Shown here: one piece after another, positions 17,818 through 27,381 of the stretch
How the letters are laid out: the number at the start of each line of letters is the position of its first letter
Numbering within the stretch: the stretch's first letter is position 1
NCBI RefSeq assembly: GCF_000354175.2
Contig: NC_022349.1
Coordinates: forward strand, 3,302,468-3,334,467
Direction of reading: 5' to 3'
Length of the DNA stretch: 32,000 nucleotides
Source: Vibrio alginolyticus NBRC 15630 = ATCC 17749
GTDB lineage: Bacteria; Pseudomonadota; Gammaproteobacteria; Enterobacterales; Vibrionaceae
The notes under the pieces: model-generated
Database searches by the model: none
Seen by the model: the letters and a program-made list of their open reading frames with translations, nothing else
Told to the model about the DNA's origin: nothing
Position numbers and translations under genes: made by a program

Positions 17818-18100
17818 CCTTACACTCCTTACAACTTCCTTTGGTCACGTAAGAAAATGTTAATAGTTTGTAGGAAGGATTAGGGATTTAGTTTTCAACT
17901 CTGTGGAGTAAAACAAGAGCAAGATCTCTTTTTAGGCTTTTCGATAAAAAAACCGGTCGATTCTCTTGAAAAAGTCGCTATTGTCCCCATTCTAGATATG
18001 CTGGCGATGCTTAGACGGTGTCTGAATCGCATTTTTGAAGAAAAAATGGGTCAGCATTCGAGAATTTAGCGCAGACAATGTCCACATAGTGGCTATTGGC

Positions 18101-18129
18101 TCGACAGGGTTGCGACAGATCGCTAGAAT
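18101..18129 (+). promoter_or_regulatory. Candidate sigma-70 promoter for tig
   Basis: TCGACA (18101-18106), a 17-nt spacer, then TAGAAT (18124-18129). This implies a ~200-nt leader before the tig ATG. Confidence 0.4.
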
Positions 18130-18343
18130 GTCGCGTCTAAAAATTCTGTCCTGAGGCTAATAGGAGATACCTTTGGTTATTTTATCGAAGATATCACTGA
18201 TTAGTCCGGTACTGACAACCAGTATCGATACTCGATTTTAAATTAGGTGTTCGGACAGAACACTACACAAGGATGAAGCGTAAGCTCCTCTGAGTTTCGC
18301 TCATACGCTCGGAAAACCGAGCCACTTTAGAGGTTTATATATA

Positions 18344-19651
18344 ATGCAAGTTACTGTTGAAACGCTAGAGGGCCTAGAGCGCCGTCTAAACATTACTGTT
18401 CCAGCTGCAAACATCGAAGACGCTGTAACAGCTGAACTACGCAACATCGCTAAAAACCGTCGTTTCGATGGTTTCCGTAAGGGTAAAGTGCCTCTAAAAA
18501 TGGTTGCTAAGATGTACGGCAAAGCAGTACGTCAAGACGTTCTTGGTGAAGTAATGCAACGCCACTTCATCGAAGCTATCGTTAAAGAGAAAATCAACCC
18601 AGCTGGCGCTCCAACTTTCGCTCCTGTAGAGAACAAAGAAGGTTCAGACCTAGTTTTCACTGCAACTTTTGAAGTTTACCCAGAAGTTGAGCTTAAAGGC
18701 CTAGAGAGCATCACTGTTGAAAAACCACTAACAGAAGTTAAAGATGCAGACGTAGAAGAGATGATCGATACTCTACGTAAGCAACAAGCAACTTGGGTTG
18801 AAGTTGAAGAAGCAGCAGAAGATGGCAAACGCGTAAGCATTGACTTCGTTGGCTCTATCGACGGTGAAGAGTTCGAAGGTGGTAAAGCTGAGAACTTCCC
18901 TCTAGAAATGGGTGCTGGTCGCATGATCCCTGGTTTCGAAGACGGTATCGCAGGTAAAACTGCTGGTATGGAATTCGACATCGACGTGACTTTCCCAGAA
19001 GATTACCACGCTGAAAACCTAAAAGGTAAAGCAGCTAAGTTCGCAATCAAAGTGAACAAAGTTGAAGCTCGTGAACTACCAGAACTAAACGACGAGTTCG
19101 TTGCTAAGTTCGGTGTTGTTGAAGGTGGTGTTGAAGCACTTAAAGCTGAAGTTCGTAAGAACATGGAACGCGAACTTAAGCAAGCTGTTAAGAACCGCAT
19201 CAAAGAGCAAGCGATTGACGGTCTAGTTGAGCAAAACGACATCAACGTACCATCAGCGCTTATCGAGCAAGAAATCCAAGTTCTACGTCAACAAGCTGCA
19301 CAACGCTTCGGTGGTAACCCAGAAGCTGCTGCTCAGCTTCCACGTGAACTGTTCGAAGAACAAGCTAAACGTCGCGTAGTTGTTGGTCTTCTACTAGGTG
19401 AAGTAATCAAATCTGAAGAGCTAAAAGCGGACGACGAGAAAGTTAAAGCGCTAATCGAAGAAATGGCTACTGCATACGAAGATCCATCAGAAGTTATTGC
19501 TTACTACGAGCAAAACGAAGAAATGATGAACAACATGCGCAACGTAGCTCTAGAAGAGCAAGCAATCGACGCGATCATCGCTAAAGCACAGGTTTCTGAG
19601 AAAGAAGTAGGCTTCAACGAGCTACTTAACCAACAACAACCTGCTGCTTAA
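18344..19651 (+). CDS. tig: Trigger factor (ribosome-associated chaperone / PPIase)
   Basis: 435 aa. The N-terminus [20 protein letters not shown] and the ribosome-binding signature GFRKGKVP are present, with a central FKBP domain. The conserved tig-clpP-clpX-lon order supports the call. Confidence 0.97.
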   Translation: MQVTVETLEGLERRLNITVPAANIEDAVTAELRNIAKNRRFDGFRKGKVPLKMVAKMYGKAVRQDVLGEVMQRHFIEAIVKEKINPAGAPTFAPVENKEGSDLVFTATFEVYPEVELKGLESITVEKPLTEVKDADVEEMIDTLRKQQATWVEVEEAAEDGKRVSIDFVGSIDGEEFEGGKAENFPLEMGAGRMIPGFEDGIAGKTAGMEFDIDVTFPEDYHAENLKGKAAKFAIKVNKVEARELPELNDEFVAKFGVVEGGVEALKAEVRKNMERELKQAVKNRIKEQAIDGLVEQNDINVPSALIEQEIQVLRQQAAQRFGGNPEAAAQLPRELFEEQAKRRVVVGLLLGEVIKSEELKADDEKVKALIEEMATAYEDPSEVIAYYEQNEEMMNNMRNVALEEQAIDAIIAKAQVSEKEVGFNELLNQQQPAA

Positions 19652-19703
19652 TAAGCAATATCTTGCGTAGAAGGTTGACTTAACGTTAACTATTCTGCTA
19701 ACA

Positions 19704-19742
19704 ATGGTCCGTATGATAGTCATCATCCGGGCCATTTATTTT
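19704..19742 (+). terminator. Probable (leaky) tig terminator / tig-clpP spacer hairpin
   Basis: ATGGTCCG (19704-19711) pairs with CGGGCCAT (19728-19735, one G-U pair). TTTATTTT follows. Confidence 0.4.
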
Positions 19743-19756
19743 AGGGACATAAGAAT

Positions 19757-20383
19757 ATGAGCTACCAAGAAAAAAATGCAATGTCGCCAATTATGGACGC
19801 GCTAGTACCAATGGTGGTTGAACAAACTTCCCGAGGCGAACGTTCTTACGACATCTACTCACGTCTGCTGAAAGAGCGCGTGATTTTTTTAACGGGTCAA
19901 GTGGAAGACCACATGGCAAACCTTGTCGTGGCTCAGCTACTTTTCCTAGAATCTGAAAATCCAGATAAAGATATTTTCCTATACATCAACTCACCAGGCG
20001 GCAGCGTAACAGCAGGTATGTCTATTTACGACACCATGCAGTTCATTAAGCCAAATGTGAGCACAGTATGTATGGGTCAAGCATGTTCAATGGGTGCCTT
20101 CCTGCTTGCAGGTGGTGCGCCAGGTAAGCGTTACGTACTGCCTAACTCTCGTGTAATGATCCACCAACCATTGGGTGGTTTCCAGGGTCAAGCTTCTGAT
20201 ATCCAAATCCATGCTCAGGAAATCCTGACGATTAAACAGAAGCTAAACAAGTTGTTAGCAGAACATACAGGCCAACCTCTTGAAGTCATTGAGCGCGATA
20301 CTGATCGTGATAACTTCATGTCATCAGAGCAGGCTGTGGAATACGGTATCGTGGATGCAGTGTTAAGCCACCGTGGCGAGTAA
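19757..20383 (+). CDS. clpP: ATP-dependent Clp protease proteolytic subunit ClpP
   Basis: 208 aa, near-collinear with E. coli ClpP ([39 protein letters not shown]; active-site region [10 protein letters not shown]; MIHQPLGG). Confidence 0.97.
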   Translation: MSYQEKNAMSPIMDALVPMVVEQTSRGERSYDIYSRLLKERVIFLTGQVEDHMANLVVAQLLFLESENPDKDIFLYINSPGGSVTAGMSIYDTMQFIKPNVSTVCMGQACSMGAFLLAGGAPGKRYVLPNSRVMIHQPLGGFQGQASDIQIHAQEILTIKQKLNKLLAEHTGQPLEVIERDTDRDNFMSSEQAVEYGIVDAVLSHRGE

Positions 20384-20453
20384 TTTGCCAGCGCATTTTG
20401 GCAAAAATTGATATACACTCATTCATGAAGAGTAAAGGCTAAGAGGTTAGCGA

Positions 20454-21734
20454 ATGACAGATAAAAGCAAAGAAAGTGGCAGCGGTAAATTGCTGTACTG
20501 TTCTTTCTGCGGCAAAAGTCAGCACGAAGTTCGCAAGCTAATCGCAGGTCCGTCAGTGTACATTTGCGACGAGTGTGTCGACTTATGTAACGATATTATT
20601 CGCGAAGAAATCAAGGATGTTCTCCCTAAGAAAGAATCTGAAGCGTTACCAACGCCAAAACAGATCCGTGAACACCTTGATGACTATGTGATCGGGCAAG
20701 ATTACGCGAAAAAAGTGCTCGCAGTTGCGGTATATAACCACTACAAGCGTTTACGCAATGGTGATACAACGAGCGAAGGTGTGGAGCTTGGTAAGAGTAA
20801 CATCCTTCTAATTGGTCCTACAGGTAGCGGTAAAACACTACTTGCGGAGACATTAGCTCGATTCTTGGATGTGCCATTTACAATGGCAGACGCGACGACA
20901 CTAACCGAAGCCGGTTACGTAGGTGAAGACGTTGAAAACATCATCCAAAAGCTTCTGCAAAAATGTGATTACGATGTAGCTAAAGCGGAACGCGGCATCG
21001 TTTACATTGATGAAATTGATAAGATTTCACGCAAAGCTGAAAACCCATCTATTACGCGTGACGTATCTGGTGAAGGTGTTCAGCAGGCGCTACTAAAACT
21101 TATCGAAGGTACGGTTGCATCGGTTCCACCTCAAGGTGGTCGTAAGCATCCTCAGCAAGAATTCCTACAAGTGGACACATCTAAGATCCTGTTCATCTGT
21201 GGTGGTGCTTTTGCTGGCTTAGACAAAGTGATTGAGCAGCGTGTTGCAACAGGTACAGGTATTGGCTTTGGTGCTGAAGTTCGTTCGAAGAATGAATCGA
21301 AGACGGTAGGTGAGCTATTTACTCAAGTTGAACCTGAAGACTTAGTGAAGTATGGCCTCATTCCAGAATTCATTGGTCGTCTACCTGTAACAACAACACT
21401 GACTGAGCTTGATGAAGAAGCGTTGATTCAGATCCTATGTGAACCGAAGAACGCACTGACCAAGCAATATGCAGCATTGTTTGAGCTAGAAAACGCTGAA
21501 CTTGAATTCCGTGAAGATGCGCTGCGCGCTATCGCGAAAAAAGCAATGGAGCGTAAAACAGGTGCTCGTGGCTTACGCTCGATTCTTGAAGGCGTGCTAC
21601 TTGAAACCATGTACGAATTACCATCTGCAACAGACGTTAGTAAAGTCGTGATTGATGAGTCCGTCATTAATGGCGAGTCAGAGCCACTGCTTATTTACAG
21701 TAACGCAGACAATCAGGCAGCTGGAGCAGAGTAA
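20454..21734 (+). CDS. clpX: ATP-dependent Clp protease ATP-binding subunit ClpX
   Basis: 426 aa with the N-terminal zinc-binding module CSFCGK...CDEC, Walker A GPTGSGKT and the pore loop GYVGEDV. Confidence 0.97.
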   Translation: MTDKSKESGSGKLLYCSFCGKSQHEVRKLIAGPSVYICDECVDLCNDIIREEIKDVLPKKESEALPTPKQIREHLDDYVIGQDYAKKVLAVAVYNHYKRLRNGDTTSEGVELGKSNILLIGPTGSGKTLLAETLARFLDVPFTMADATTLTEAGYVGEDVENIIQKLLQKCDYDVAKAERGIVYIDEIDKISRKAENPSITRDVSGEGVQQALLKLIEGTVASVPPQGGRKHPQQEFLQVDTSKILFICGGAFAGLDKVIEQRVATGTGIGFGAEVRSKNESKTVGELFTQVEPEDLVKYGLIPEFIGRLPVTTTLTELDEEALIQILCEPKNALTKQYAALFELENAELEFREDALRAIAKKAMERKTGARGLRSILEGVLLETMYELPSATDVSKVVIDESVINGESEPLLIYSNADNQAAGAE

Positions 21735-21748
21735 ATTCAGCCATAATG

Positions 21749-21781
21749 AAAAAGGAGGTAAGTAATTACCTCCTTTTTTTA
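21749..21781 (+). terminator. Rho-independent terminator after clpX
   Basis: AAAAAGGAGGTAA pairs with TTACCTCCTTTTT (stem core 21753-21761 with 21766-21774, loop GTAA). A T7 run follows. Confidence 0.85.
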
Positions 21782-21789
21782 TTTCTCTT

Positions 21790-21817
21790 ATTGAATCCAA
21801 ACAATTAGCCCCCATAT
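21790..21817 (+). promoter_or_regulatory. Sigma-32 (heat-shock) type promoter of lon
   Basis: aTTGAAt (21790-21796), 13-14 nt, then CCCCATAT (21810-21817). This matches the sigma-32 consensus CTTGAAA-N13-15-CCCCATNT and lies 48 nt upstream of the lon ATG. Confidence 0.6.
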
Positions 21818-21864
21818 ACTGCCTTAAGTAATACGTTAAACGTGAAAGCGGAAGAGAGAATTAT

Positions 21865-24216
21865 ATGAACTTGGAACGTTCCGAGCGTATCGAGATCCCG
21901 GTACTACCTCTACGTGACGTAGTGGTCTACCCACACATGGTTATTCCATTGTTTGTTGGTCGTGAGAAATCGATTAGCTGTCTAGAAACGGCGATGGAAA
22001 CCAACAAACAAGTTCTTCTTGTGGCACAAAAGCAAGCGGATACTGACGAGCCTACGGTTGACGACCTATTTGACGTAGGTACGGTAGCCACCATTCTCCA
22101 GCTCTTGAAGCTTCCGGATGGCACAGTAAAAGTATTGGTCGAAGGCCAGCAGCGAGCAAAAATCAATCACTTTAAAGAGAGTGACTTCTTCCTAGCGGAA
22201 GCTGAATTTGTTGTTACGCCAGAATTGGATGAGCGTGAGCAAGAAGTGATTGTTCGCAGCGCGATTAATCAGTTTGAAGGGTTCATTAAGCTAAACAAGA
22301 AGATTCCACCAGAAGTGCTAACGTCACTTAATGGTATCGACGAAGCCGCACGCTTAGCGGATACCATTGCGGCTCATATGCCGTTAAAGTTGGTAGATAA
22401 GCAGCAAGTACTTGAAATTGTTGACGTCACTGAGCGTCTGGAATTCCTGATGGGCCAGATGGAATCAGAGATCGACTTGCTGCAAGTTGAAAAACGAATT
22501 CGTGGTCGCGTTAAAAAGCAAATGGAAAAATCTCAGCGTGAGTACTATCTGAATGAGCAAATGAAAGCGATTCAGAAAGAACTTGGTGAGATGGAAGACG
22601 CACCAGACGAGTTCGAAACGCTACAGAAGAAGATTGACGAATCAAAAATGCCTCAAGAGGCACGTGAAAAGACAGAGCAAGAGCTGCAAAAGCTTAAGAT
22701 GATGTCTCCAATGTCTGCTGAAGCAACAGTGGTTCGTAGCTACATCGATTGGATGGTCAGCGTTCCTTGGGCTAAGCGCTCAAAAGTTAAGAAAAACTTA
22801 GCGAAAGCAGAAGAGGTTCTTAATGAAGATCACTACGGTCTAGAACGCGTCAAAGAACGTATCCTTGAATACCTGGCTGTTCAAAACCGTATCAACAAGC
22901 TAAAAGGTCCTATCCTTTGTCTTGTTGGTCCTCCTGGTGTAGGTAAAACGTCTCTTGGTCGTTCAATTGCTTCAGCTACAGGCCGTAAGTATGTTCGTAT
23001 GGCGTTGGGTGGTGTGCGTGATGAAGCGGAAATTCGTGGTCACCGTCGTACTTACATCGGCTCATTACCAGGCAAATTGATCCAGAAGATGTCGAAGGTT
23101 GGTGTGAAGAACCCGCTGTTCTTATTGGACGAAATCGACAAAATGTCTTCAGATATGCGTGGTGATCCGGCATCGGCTCTACTAGAAGTGCTTGATCCTG
23201 AACAGAATAACTCGTTCAACGATCACTACCTAGAAGTGGATTACGATCTCTCTGACGTTATGTTTGTTGCGACATCGAACTCGATGAACATCCCGGGCCC
23301 ATTGTTAGACCGTATGGAAGTTATTCGTTTATCTGGTTACACCGAAGACGAGAAGCTGAACATTGCAAAACGTCACCTTGTTGATAAACAAGTGAAGCGT
23401 AATGGCTTGAAAGCGGATGAGATCGTCATTGAAGATTCTGCGATTATTGGCATCATTCGTTACTACACGCGTGAAGCGGGTGTCCGTAACTTAGAGCGTG
23501 AGATTTCTAAGATCTGCCGTAAAGCAGTGAAGAATATCTTGCTGGATAAGGACATCAAGTCAGTAACGGTAACGATGGACAACCTAAAAGAGTACTTAGG
23601 TGTTCAACGTTTCGATTACGGTAAAGCGGATGAAAGTAACCGAATTGGTCAAGTAACTGGTCTAGCTTGGACAGAGGTGGGTGGCGATCTATTAACGATT
23701 GAAACTCAATCAATGCCAGGTAAAGGTAAGCTGACACAAACGGGTTCTCTTGGTGATGTGATGCAAGAGTCTATCCAAGCAGCAATGACAGTGGTTCGCT
23801 CTCGTGCAGAAAAGCTAGGTATCAATACTGACTTCTACGAGAAGAAAGATATTCACGTACACGTACCGGAAGGCGCGACACCAAAAGATGGCCCAAGTGC
23901 GGGTACAGCAATGTGTACGGCATTGGTTTCTTCTCTGACAGGCAACCCTGTGAAAGCAGAAGTAGCGATGACGGGTGAAATCACACTGCGTGGTGAGGTT
24001 CTACCTATCGGCGGCCTAAAAGAGAAGTTACTTGCGGCACACCGTGGTGGCATTAAGACAGTGCTAATTCCAAAAGATAACGAGCGTGATTTGGAAGAGA
24101 TTCCTGATAATGTTATCGCTGATCTGAAAGTTATCCCTGTACAGTGGATTGATGAAGTACTGAAAGTCGCACTAGAGCGAGACCCGACGGGCGTTGAGTT
24201 TGAGTCTCAAAAATAG
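21865..24216 (+). CDS. lon: ATP-dependent Lon protease (LonA)
   Basis: 783 aa with an N-terminal LON substrate-binding domain ([23 protein letters not shown]), Walker [10 protein letters not shown] and the catalytic Ser in PKDGPSAG. Confidence 0.97.
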   Translation: MNLERSERIEIPVLPLRDVVVYPHMVIPLFVGREKSISCLETAMETNKQVLLVAQKQADTDEPTVDDLFDVGTVATILQLLKLPDGTVKVLVEGQQRAKINHFKESDFFLAEAEFVVTPELDEREQEVIVRSAINQFEGFIKLNKKIPPEVLTSLNGIDEAARLADTIAAHMPLKLVDKQQVLEIVDVTERLEFLMGQMESEIDLLQVEKRIRGRVKKQMEKSQREYYLNEQMKAIQKELGEMEDAPDEFETLQKKIDESKMPQEAREKTEQELQKLKMMSPMSAEATVVRSYIDWMVSVPWAKRSKVKKNLAKAEEVLNEDHYGLERVKERILEYLAVQNRINKLKGPILCLVGPPGVGKTSLGRSIASATGRKYVRMALGGVRDEAEIRGHRRTYIGSLPGKLIQKMSKVGVKNPLFLLDEIDKMSSDMRGDPASALLEVLDPEQNNSFNDHYLEVDYDLSDVMFVATSNSMNIPGPLLDRMEVIRLSGYTEDEKLNIAKRHLVDKQVKRNGLKADEIVIEDSAIIGIIRYYTREAGVRNLEREISKICRKAVKNILLDKDIKSVTVTMDNLKEYLGVQRFDYGKADESNRIGQVTGLAWTEVGGDLLTIETQSMPGKGKLTQTGSLGDVMQESIQAAMTVVRSRAEKLGINTDFYEKKDIHVHVPEGATPKDGPSAGTAMCTALVSSLTGNPVKAEVAMTGEITLRGEVLPIGGLKEKLLAAHRGGIKTVLIPKDNERDLEEIPDNVIADLKVIPVQWIDEVLKVALERDPTGVEFESQK

Positions 24217-24245
24217 TGATGTGTAGCAAAAATAAGTAAAAGTTT

Positions 24246-24284
24246 ACGCTGATAAGCCCAAAAAGGCTTGTCAGCGTTTTTTTT
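24246..24284 (+). terminator. Rho-independent terminator after lon
   Basis: ACGCTGATAAGCC (24246-24258) pairs with GGCTTGTCAGCGT (24265-24277, one G-U pair). A T8 run follows. Confidence 0.85.
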
Positions 24285-24317
24285 GGGCGCTAAGTTAGTT
24301 TCGATAGCTGCCAGCCC

Positions 24318-24345
24318 TTGATGAATAAGGGGTGGAGCATATTTT
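24318..24345 (+). promoter_or_regulatory. Candidate sigma-70 promoter for hupB
   Basis: TTGATG (24318-24323), a 16-nt spacer, then TATTTT (24340-24345). Confidence 0.35.
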
Positions 24346-24407
24346 CTTAACAATGGAACGAAAGTCATCACAAAAATAATCACAGATGACACAAAGGGGA
24401 AATTACA

Positions 24408-24680
24408 GTGAATAAAACTCAGTTAGTAGAACAAATCGCAGAAAATGCAGATATTTCTAAAGCGTCAGCGGGTCGTGCTCTAGATGCATTCATCGAAGCA
24501 GTAAGCGGAACTCTTCAATCTGGTGATCAAGTCGCTCTAGTTGGCTTTGGTACATTCAGCGTTCGCACTCGTGCTGCACGTACTGGTCGTAACCCAAAAA
24601 CTGGTGAAGAAATCCAAATCGCAGAAGCAAAAGTACCAGCTTTCAAAGCTGGTAAAGCACTGAAAGACGCTTGTAACTAA
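24408..24680 (+). CDS. hupB: Nucleoid-associated DNA-binding protein HU-beta
   Basis: 90 aa with a GTG start preceded by a GGGGA SD. The sequence is [19 protein letters not shown]...[26 protein letters not shown]. It sits in the conserved position between lon and ppiD. Confidence 0.95.
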   Translation: MNKTQLVEQIAENADISKASAGRALDAFIEAVSGTLQSGDQVALVGFGTFSVRTRAARTGRNPKTGEEIQIAEAKVPAFKAGKALKDACN

Positions 24681-24780
24681 TCACGGCGTTTTTTCTGTAA
24701 CCGGCCATTTGCTTAACTTTTGCTCAAACAATAAGTTTCGAACAAAAATTTACAAACTTCGAGCCGAACTTTCTTAAATT

Positions 24781-24811
24781 ATGCGCATCATACTGATGCG
24801 CATTTCTTTTT
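24781..24811 (+). terminator. Strong Rho-independent terminator 100 nt downstream of the hupB stop
   Basis: ATGCGCATCA (24781-24790) pairs perfectly with TGATGCGCAT (24794-24803) around the loop TAC. TTTCTTTTT follows. Confidence 0.8.
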
Positions 24812-24881
24812 CTGATATTATTGCGCCATTATTTCTATTAGATAGAAGCAGTAGGCTTCAATTGTGGAGAGCAGTTAAATT

Positions 24882-26741
24882 ATGATGGATCGACTACGCG
24901 AAGGCGTGAATAGCATCGCGGTCAAAATTATCCTTGGACTTATCATCCTGTCTTTCGTATTTGCAGGTGTAGGTAGCTACATCGTTGGTGGTAGCAACAA
25001 CTCTGCAGCGAAAGTCGGTAACACTGAGATTCCTCGTGGTGAGTTCGAGATGGCATACCAAAATGAGCGTAACCGTATGCAAGCTCAGTTGGGTGACTAC
25101 TTCTCTCAAATGCTGGCTGACCCTGCATATGTTGAATCTTTCCGCAAATCCGTTTTAGATCGAATGATCAATGACGTGTTGCTTGACCAACAAGCTGAAG
25201 CTTTGGGTCTGCGAATCAGCGACACTCAAGTGCGTAGCATGATTCTAGACATGCCTCAGTTCCAATCTAATGGTCAGTTTGATCAAGAGATCTATCAAGC
25301 CTCTTTGCGTCGTGCAGGCTTTTCGCCAGACTCTTTTGCTGAGTACATGCGTCGTGAATTGGTTCGTGAGCAACTGCTGAATGCGCTACAAAACAGTGAA
25401 TTTATTCTGCCGGGTGAAGTACAAGCAGAAGGCAAGCTGTTCACTCAAACTCGTGATATTCGCACGATTCAGATCGACTTAGCGGAGTTTGCGAAAAATA
25501 TTGAATTGACCGACGAAGAAATTCAAGAGTACTACAAAGCAAACCCAGACAACTTTACACGCCCAGAGCAGGTTAAAGTCTCTTACATCGAACTGTCAGC
25601 TGAAGCGCTAAAGGAACAAGTTAATGTTTCTGATGCTGAGGTGAAAAAGTACTACGACGAGCACTTAAACAAATACTCTTCAGAAGAGCAACGCCGTGTC
25701 GCTCACATTCTTGTAGAAGGGGACGATGAAGCAAAAGCGCAAGCTATCCTAGGTGAGCTAAACGCGGGTGCAGATTTTGCGACGCTTGCTCAAGAGAAAT
25801 CTGACGATTTTGGCAGCGCTGAAAACGGTGGTGACCTAGGTTGGATTGAGCGTGATGTGATGGACCCTGCTTTTGAAGAAGCGGCATTCGCACTGAAGAA
25901 TCCTGGCGATACGTCGGGTCTAGTAAAGTCGGACTTTGGCTATCACATTATCAAGCTTGAAGAGCTAAAAGATTCTGTGGCGAAGCCATTTGAAGAAGTC
26001 GCTGCTGAAATCAAACAAGAGATGGTTGACCAACAAGCGATCGATCAATTCTACGAGTTGCAAAATGAGCTTGAGCGCGTAGCGTTTGAATACCCAGACT
26101 CATTGTATGATGCTTCTCAAGCGGTTAACCAAGAAGTGAAGACAACGGACTTTATTTCTCAGGTTGATGCACCTGAAGTGCTTCGTAGCCCTGCGGTAAT
26201 GCAAGCTATCCTAAGTCCTGAAGTTAAAGAAGATGGCCTAAACTCTGAAGCTATCGAAGTTGCGCCTGAGCATATTATCGTTGTTCGTGTTGAAGATGCG
26301 CGTGACGAGACAGTTCTTCCATTAGAAGAAGTGAAAGATCAGGTTGTTGCAGAGCTATCTCGTGTTAAAGGTGAGCAAGAAGCGATGGAACTTGGAACAC
26401 AAGTCGTTGCGGCATTGAAAGAAGGTAAGACGAACGTGCTTGCTGAAAACAATCTTGCCTTTGGTGAACAAGAGACAGTAGATCGTCGTTCTCCGTTGGC
26501 AACAACGGTATTCGCGATGTCAAAACCAGTCGATGGTAAACCAGTATACGGTCAGTCTAAAGATCTTGAAGGTAACATCATTATCATCGAGCTTGATGCT
26601 GTAAACGCAGAGCTAGATAGTGAGTTAGAAGATCAAGTTGCGATGCAAATGCAGCGTGCATCTTCTCAGCAAGATTTATCATCTGTACTAGCCGTACTGC
26701 GTGCAAATACTGACATTGAGTACTTTGTTGTGAGCAACTAA
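24882..26741 (+). CDS. ppiD: Periplasmic chaperone / peptidyl-prolyl isomerase PpiD (membrane-anchored)
   Basis: 619 aa with an N-terminal anchor (IAVKIILGLIILSFVFAGVGSYIV) and a parvulin domain (RVAHILV...GGDLGW...FGYHIIKL). It lies downstream of hupB, as in enterobacteria and vibrios. Confidence 0.93.
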   Translation: MMDRLREGVNSIAVKIILGLIILSFVFAGVGSYIVGGSNNSAAKVGNTEIPRGEFEMAYQNERNRMQAQLGDYFSQMLADPAYVESFRKSVLDRMINDVLLDQQAEALGLRISDTQVRSMILDMPQFQSNGQFDQEIYQASLRRAGFSPDSFAEYMRRELVREQLLNALQNSEFILPGEVQAEGKLFTQTRDIRTIQIDLAEFAKNIELTDEEIQEYYKANPDNFTRPEQVKVSYIELSAEALKEQVNVSDAEVKKYYDEHLNKYSSEEQRRVAHILVEGDDEAKAQAILGELNAGADFATLAQEKSDDFGSAENGGDLGWIERDVMDPAFEEAAFALKNPGDTSGLVKSDFGYHIIKLEELKDSVAKPFEEVAAEIKQEMVDQQAIDQFYELQNELERVAFEYPDSLYDASQAVNQEVKTTDFISQVDAPEVLRSPAVMQAILSPEVKEDGLNSEAIEVAPEHIIVVRVEDARDETVLPLEEVKDQVVAELSRVKGEQEAMELGTQVVAALKEGKTNVLAENNLAFGEQETVDRRSPLATTVFAMSKPVDGKPVYGQSKDLEGNIIIIELDAVNAELDSELEDQVAMQMQRASSQQDLSSVLAVLRANTDIEYFVVSN

Positions 26742-26770
26742 GCACAATTAGTGTAATTTGTATGTTGAAT

Positions 26771-26805
26771 AAAACGGACCGCATAAGCGGTCCGTTTTAT
26801 TTTTG
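26771..26805 (+). terminator. Rho-independent terminator after ppiD
   Basis: AAAACGGACCGC (26771-26782) pairs with GCGGTCCGTTTT (26787-26798) around the loop ATAA. A T-rich tail follows. Confidence 0.88.
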
Positions 26806-26987
26806 TCTTTATGAACTTCAATCATCAATAGGCATTACTTAAATTAGTGCGCGTTTAAGTGATAGCGGCCGTTGTGAATTCCGGGTCATCTCAGTTTGTT
26901 AAATGCATAACCATATTGCTTTCCATTGCAAACTTGATAGTGACTCGCTCTCGACGACTGTTTTTAGCCTACTATTTTGGAGATTGT

Positions 26988-27281
26988 ATGTTCAATATGA
27001 AATGGATTTTGACATTGTGCTTATTTGTTTTTGCACCTTTTAGCATGGCTGCGGATTCAGCCACTGACAAATATGAAGGAATTGAAATTACTGTAAATAT
27101 CAACACGGCCACTGCTGAAGAAATTGCGACCATGTTGAAAGGTATAGGTGAGAAGAAAGCGCAGAGTATAGTGGACTACCGCGAGGAACATGGCCCTTTT
27201 AAAACGGCAGCAGATTTGAAGAGCGTAAAAGGCATAGGTGAAGCGACAGTTAAGAAAAACGAAGACCGCATTTTACTGTAG
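26988..27281 (+). CDS. comEA: Periplasmic DNA-binding competence protein ComEA (helix-hairpin-helix)
   Basis: The start is chosen at ATG 26988 (MFNMKWILTLCLFVFAPFSMA is a signal peptide) with a GGAG SD at 26979-26982. The HhH region is NINTATAEEIATMLKGIGEKKAQSIVDYREEHGPFKTAADLKSVKGIG. The ORF-track GTG start at 26859 would add 43 non-signal residues. Confidence 0.88.
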   Translation: MFNMKWILTLCLFVFAPFSMAADSATDKYEGIEITVNINTATAEEIATMLKGIGEKKAQSIVDYREEHGPFKTAADLKSVKGIGEATVKKNEDRILL

Positions 27282-27293
27282 CTTGATGTATTG

Positions 27294-27326
27294 CAGATAT
27301 TGAGTCTGAATTCAGAACAATATCTG
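27294..27326. other. Long near-perfect hairpin downstream of comEA
   Basis: CAGATATTGAGTCTGAA pairs with TTCAGA-ACAATATCTG, giving a ~16-bp stem with one bulge, centred on GAATTC. Confidence 0.45.
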
Positions 27327-27344
27327 TTTCCCTATTACTGCTTT

Positions 27345-27381
27345 CCCGAACCAGCCCCTCTTTCGTGGTTCGGGATTTTTT
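27345..27381 (+). terminator. Rho-independent terminator of comEA, abutting the stop codon of the convergent rhomboid gene
   Basis: CCCGAACCA (27345-27353) pairs with TGGTTCGGG (27366-27374). ATTTTTT follows. Confidence 0.7.

Noticed and set aside
19675-19704. Sigma-70-like promoter for clpP (TTGACT, N18, extended -10 TGcTAACAA) in the tig-clpP spacer.
   Set aside because: It lies upstream of the terminator-like hairpin (19704-19742), so the two predictions conflict and at least one must be wrong. The -10 hexamer is weak (3/6). Both elements are kept only as low-confidence possibilities, pending TSS and Term-seq data.
26806-26987. CRP-S/TfoX-type competence operator upstream of comEA (TGTGAattccgGGTCA around 26872-26887).
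   Set aside because: The right half-site is poor, and the TGCGA-N6-TCGCA form typical of CRP-S sites is absent.
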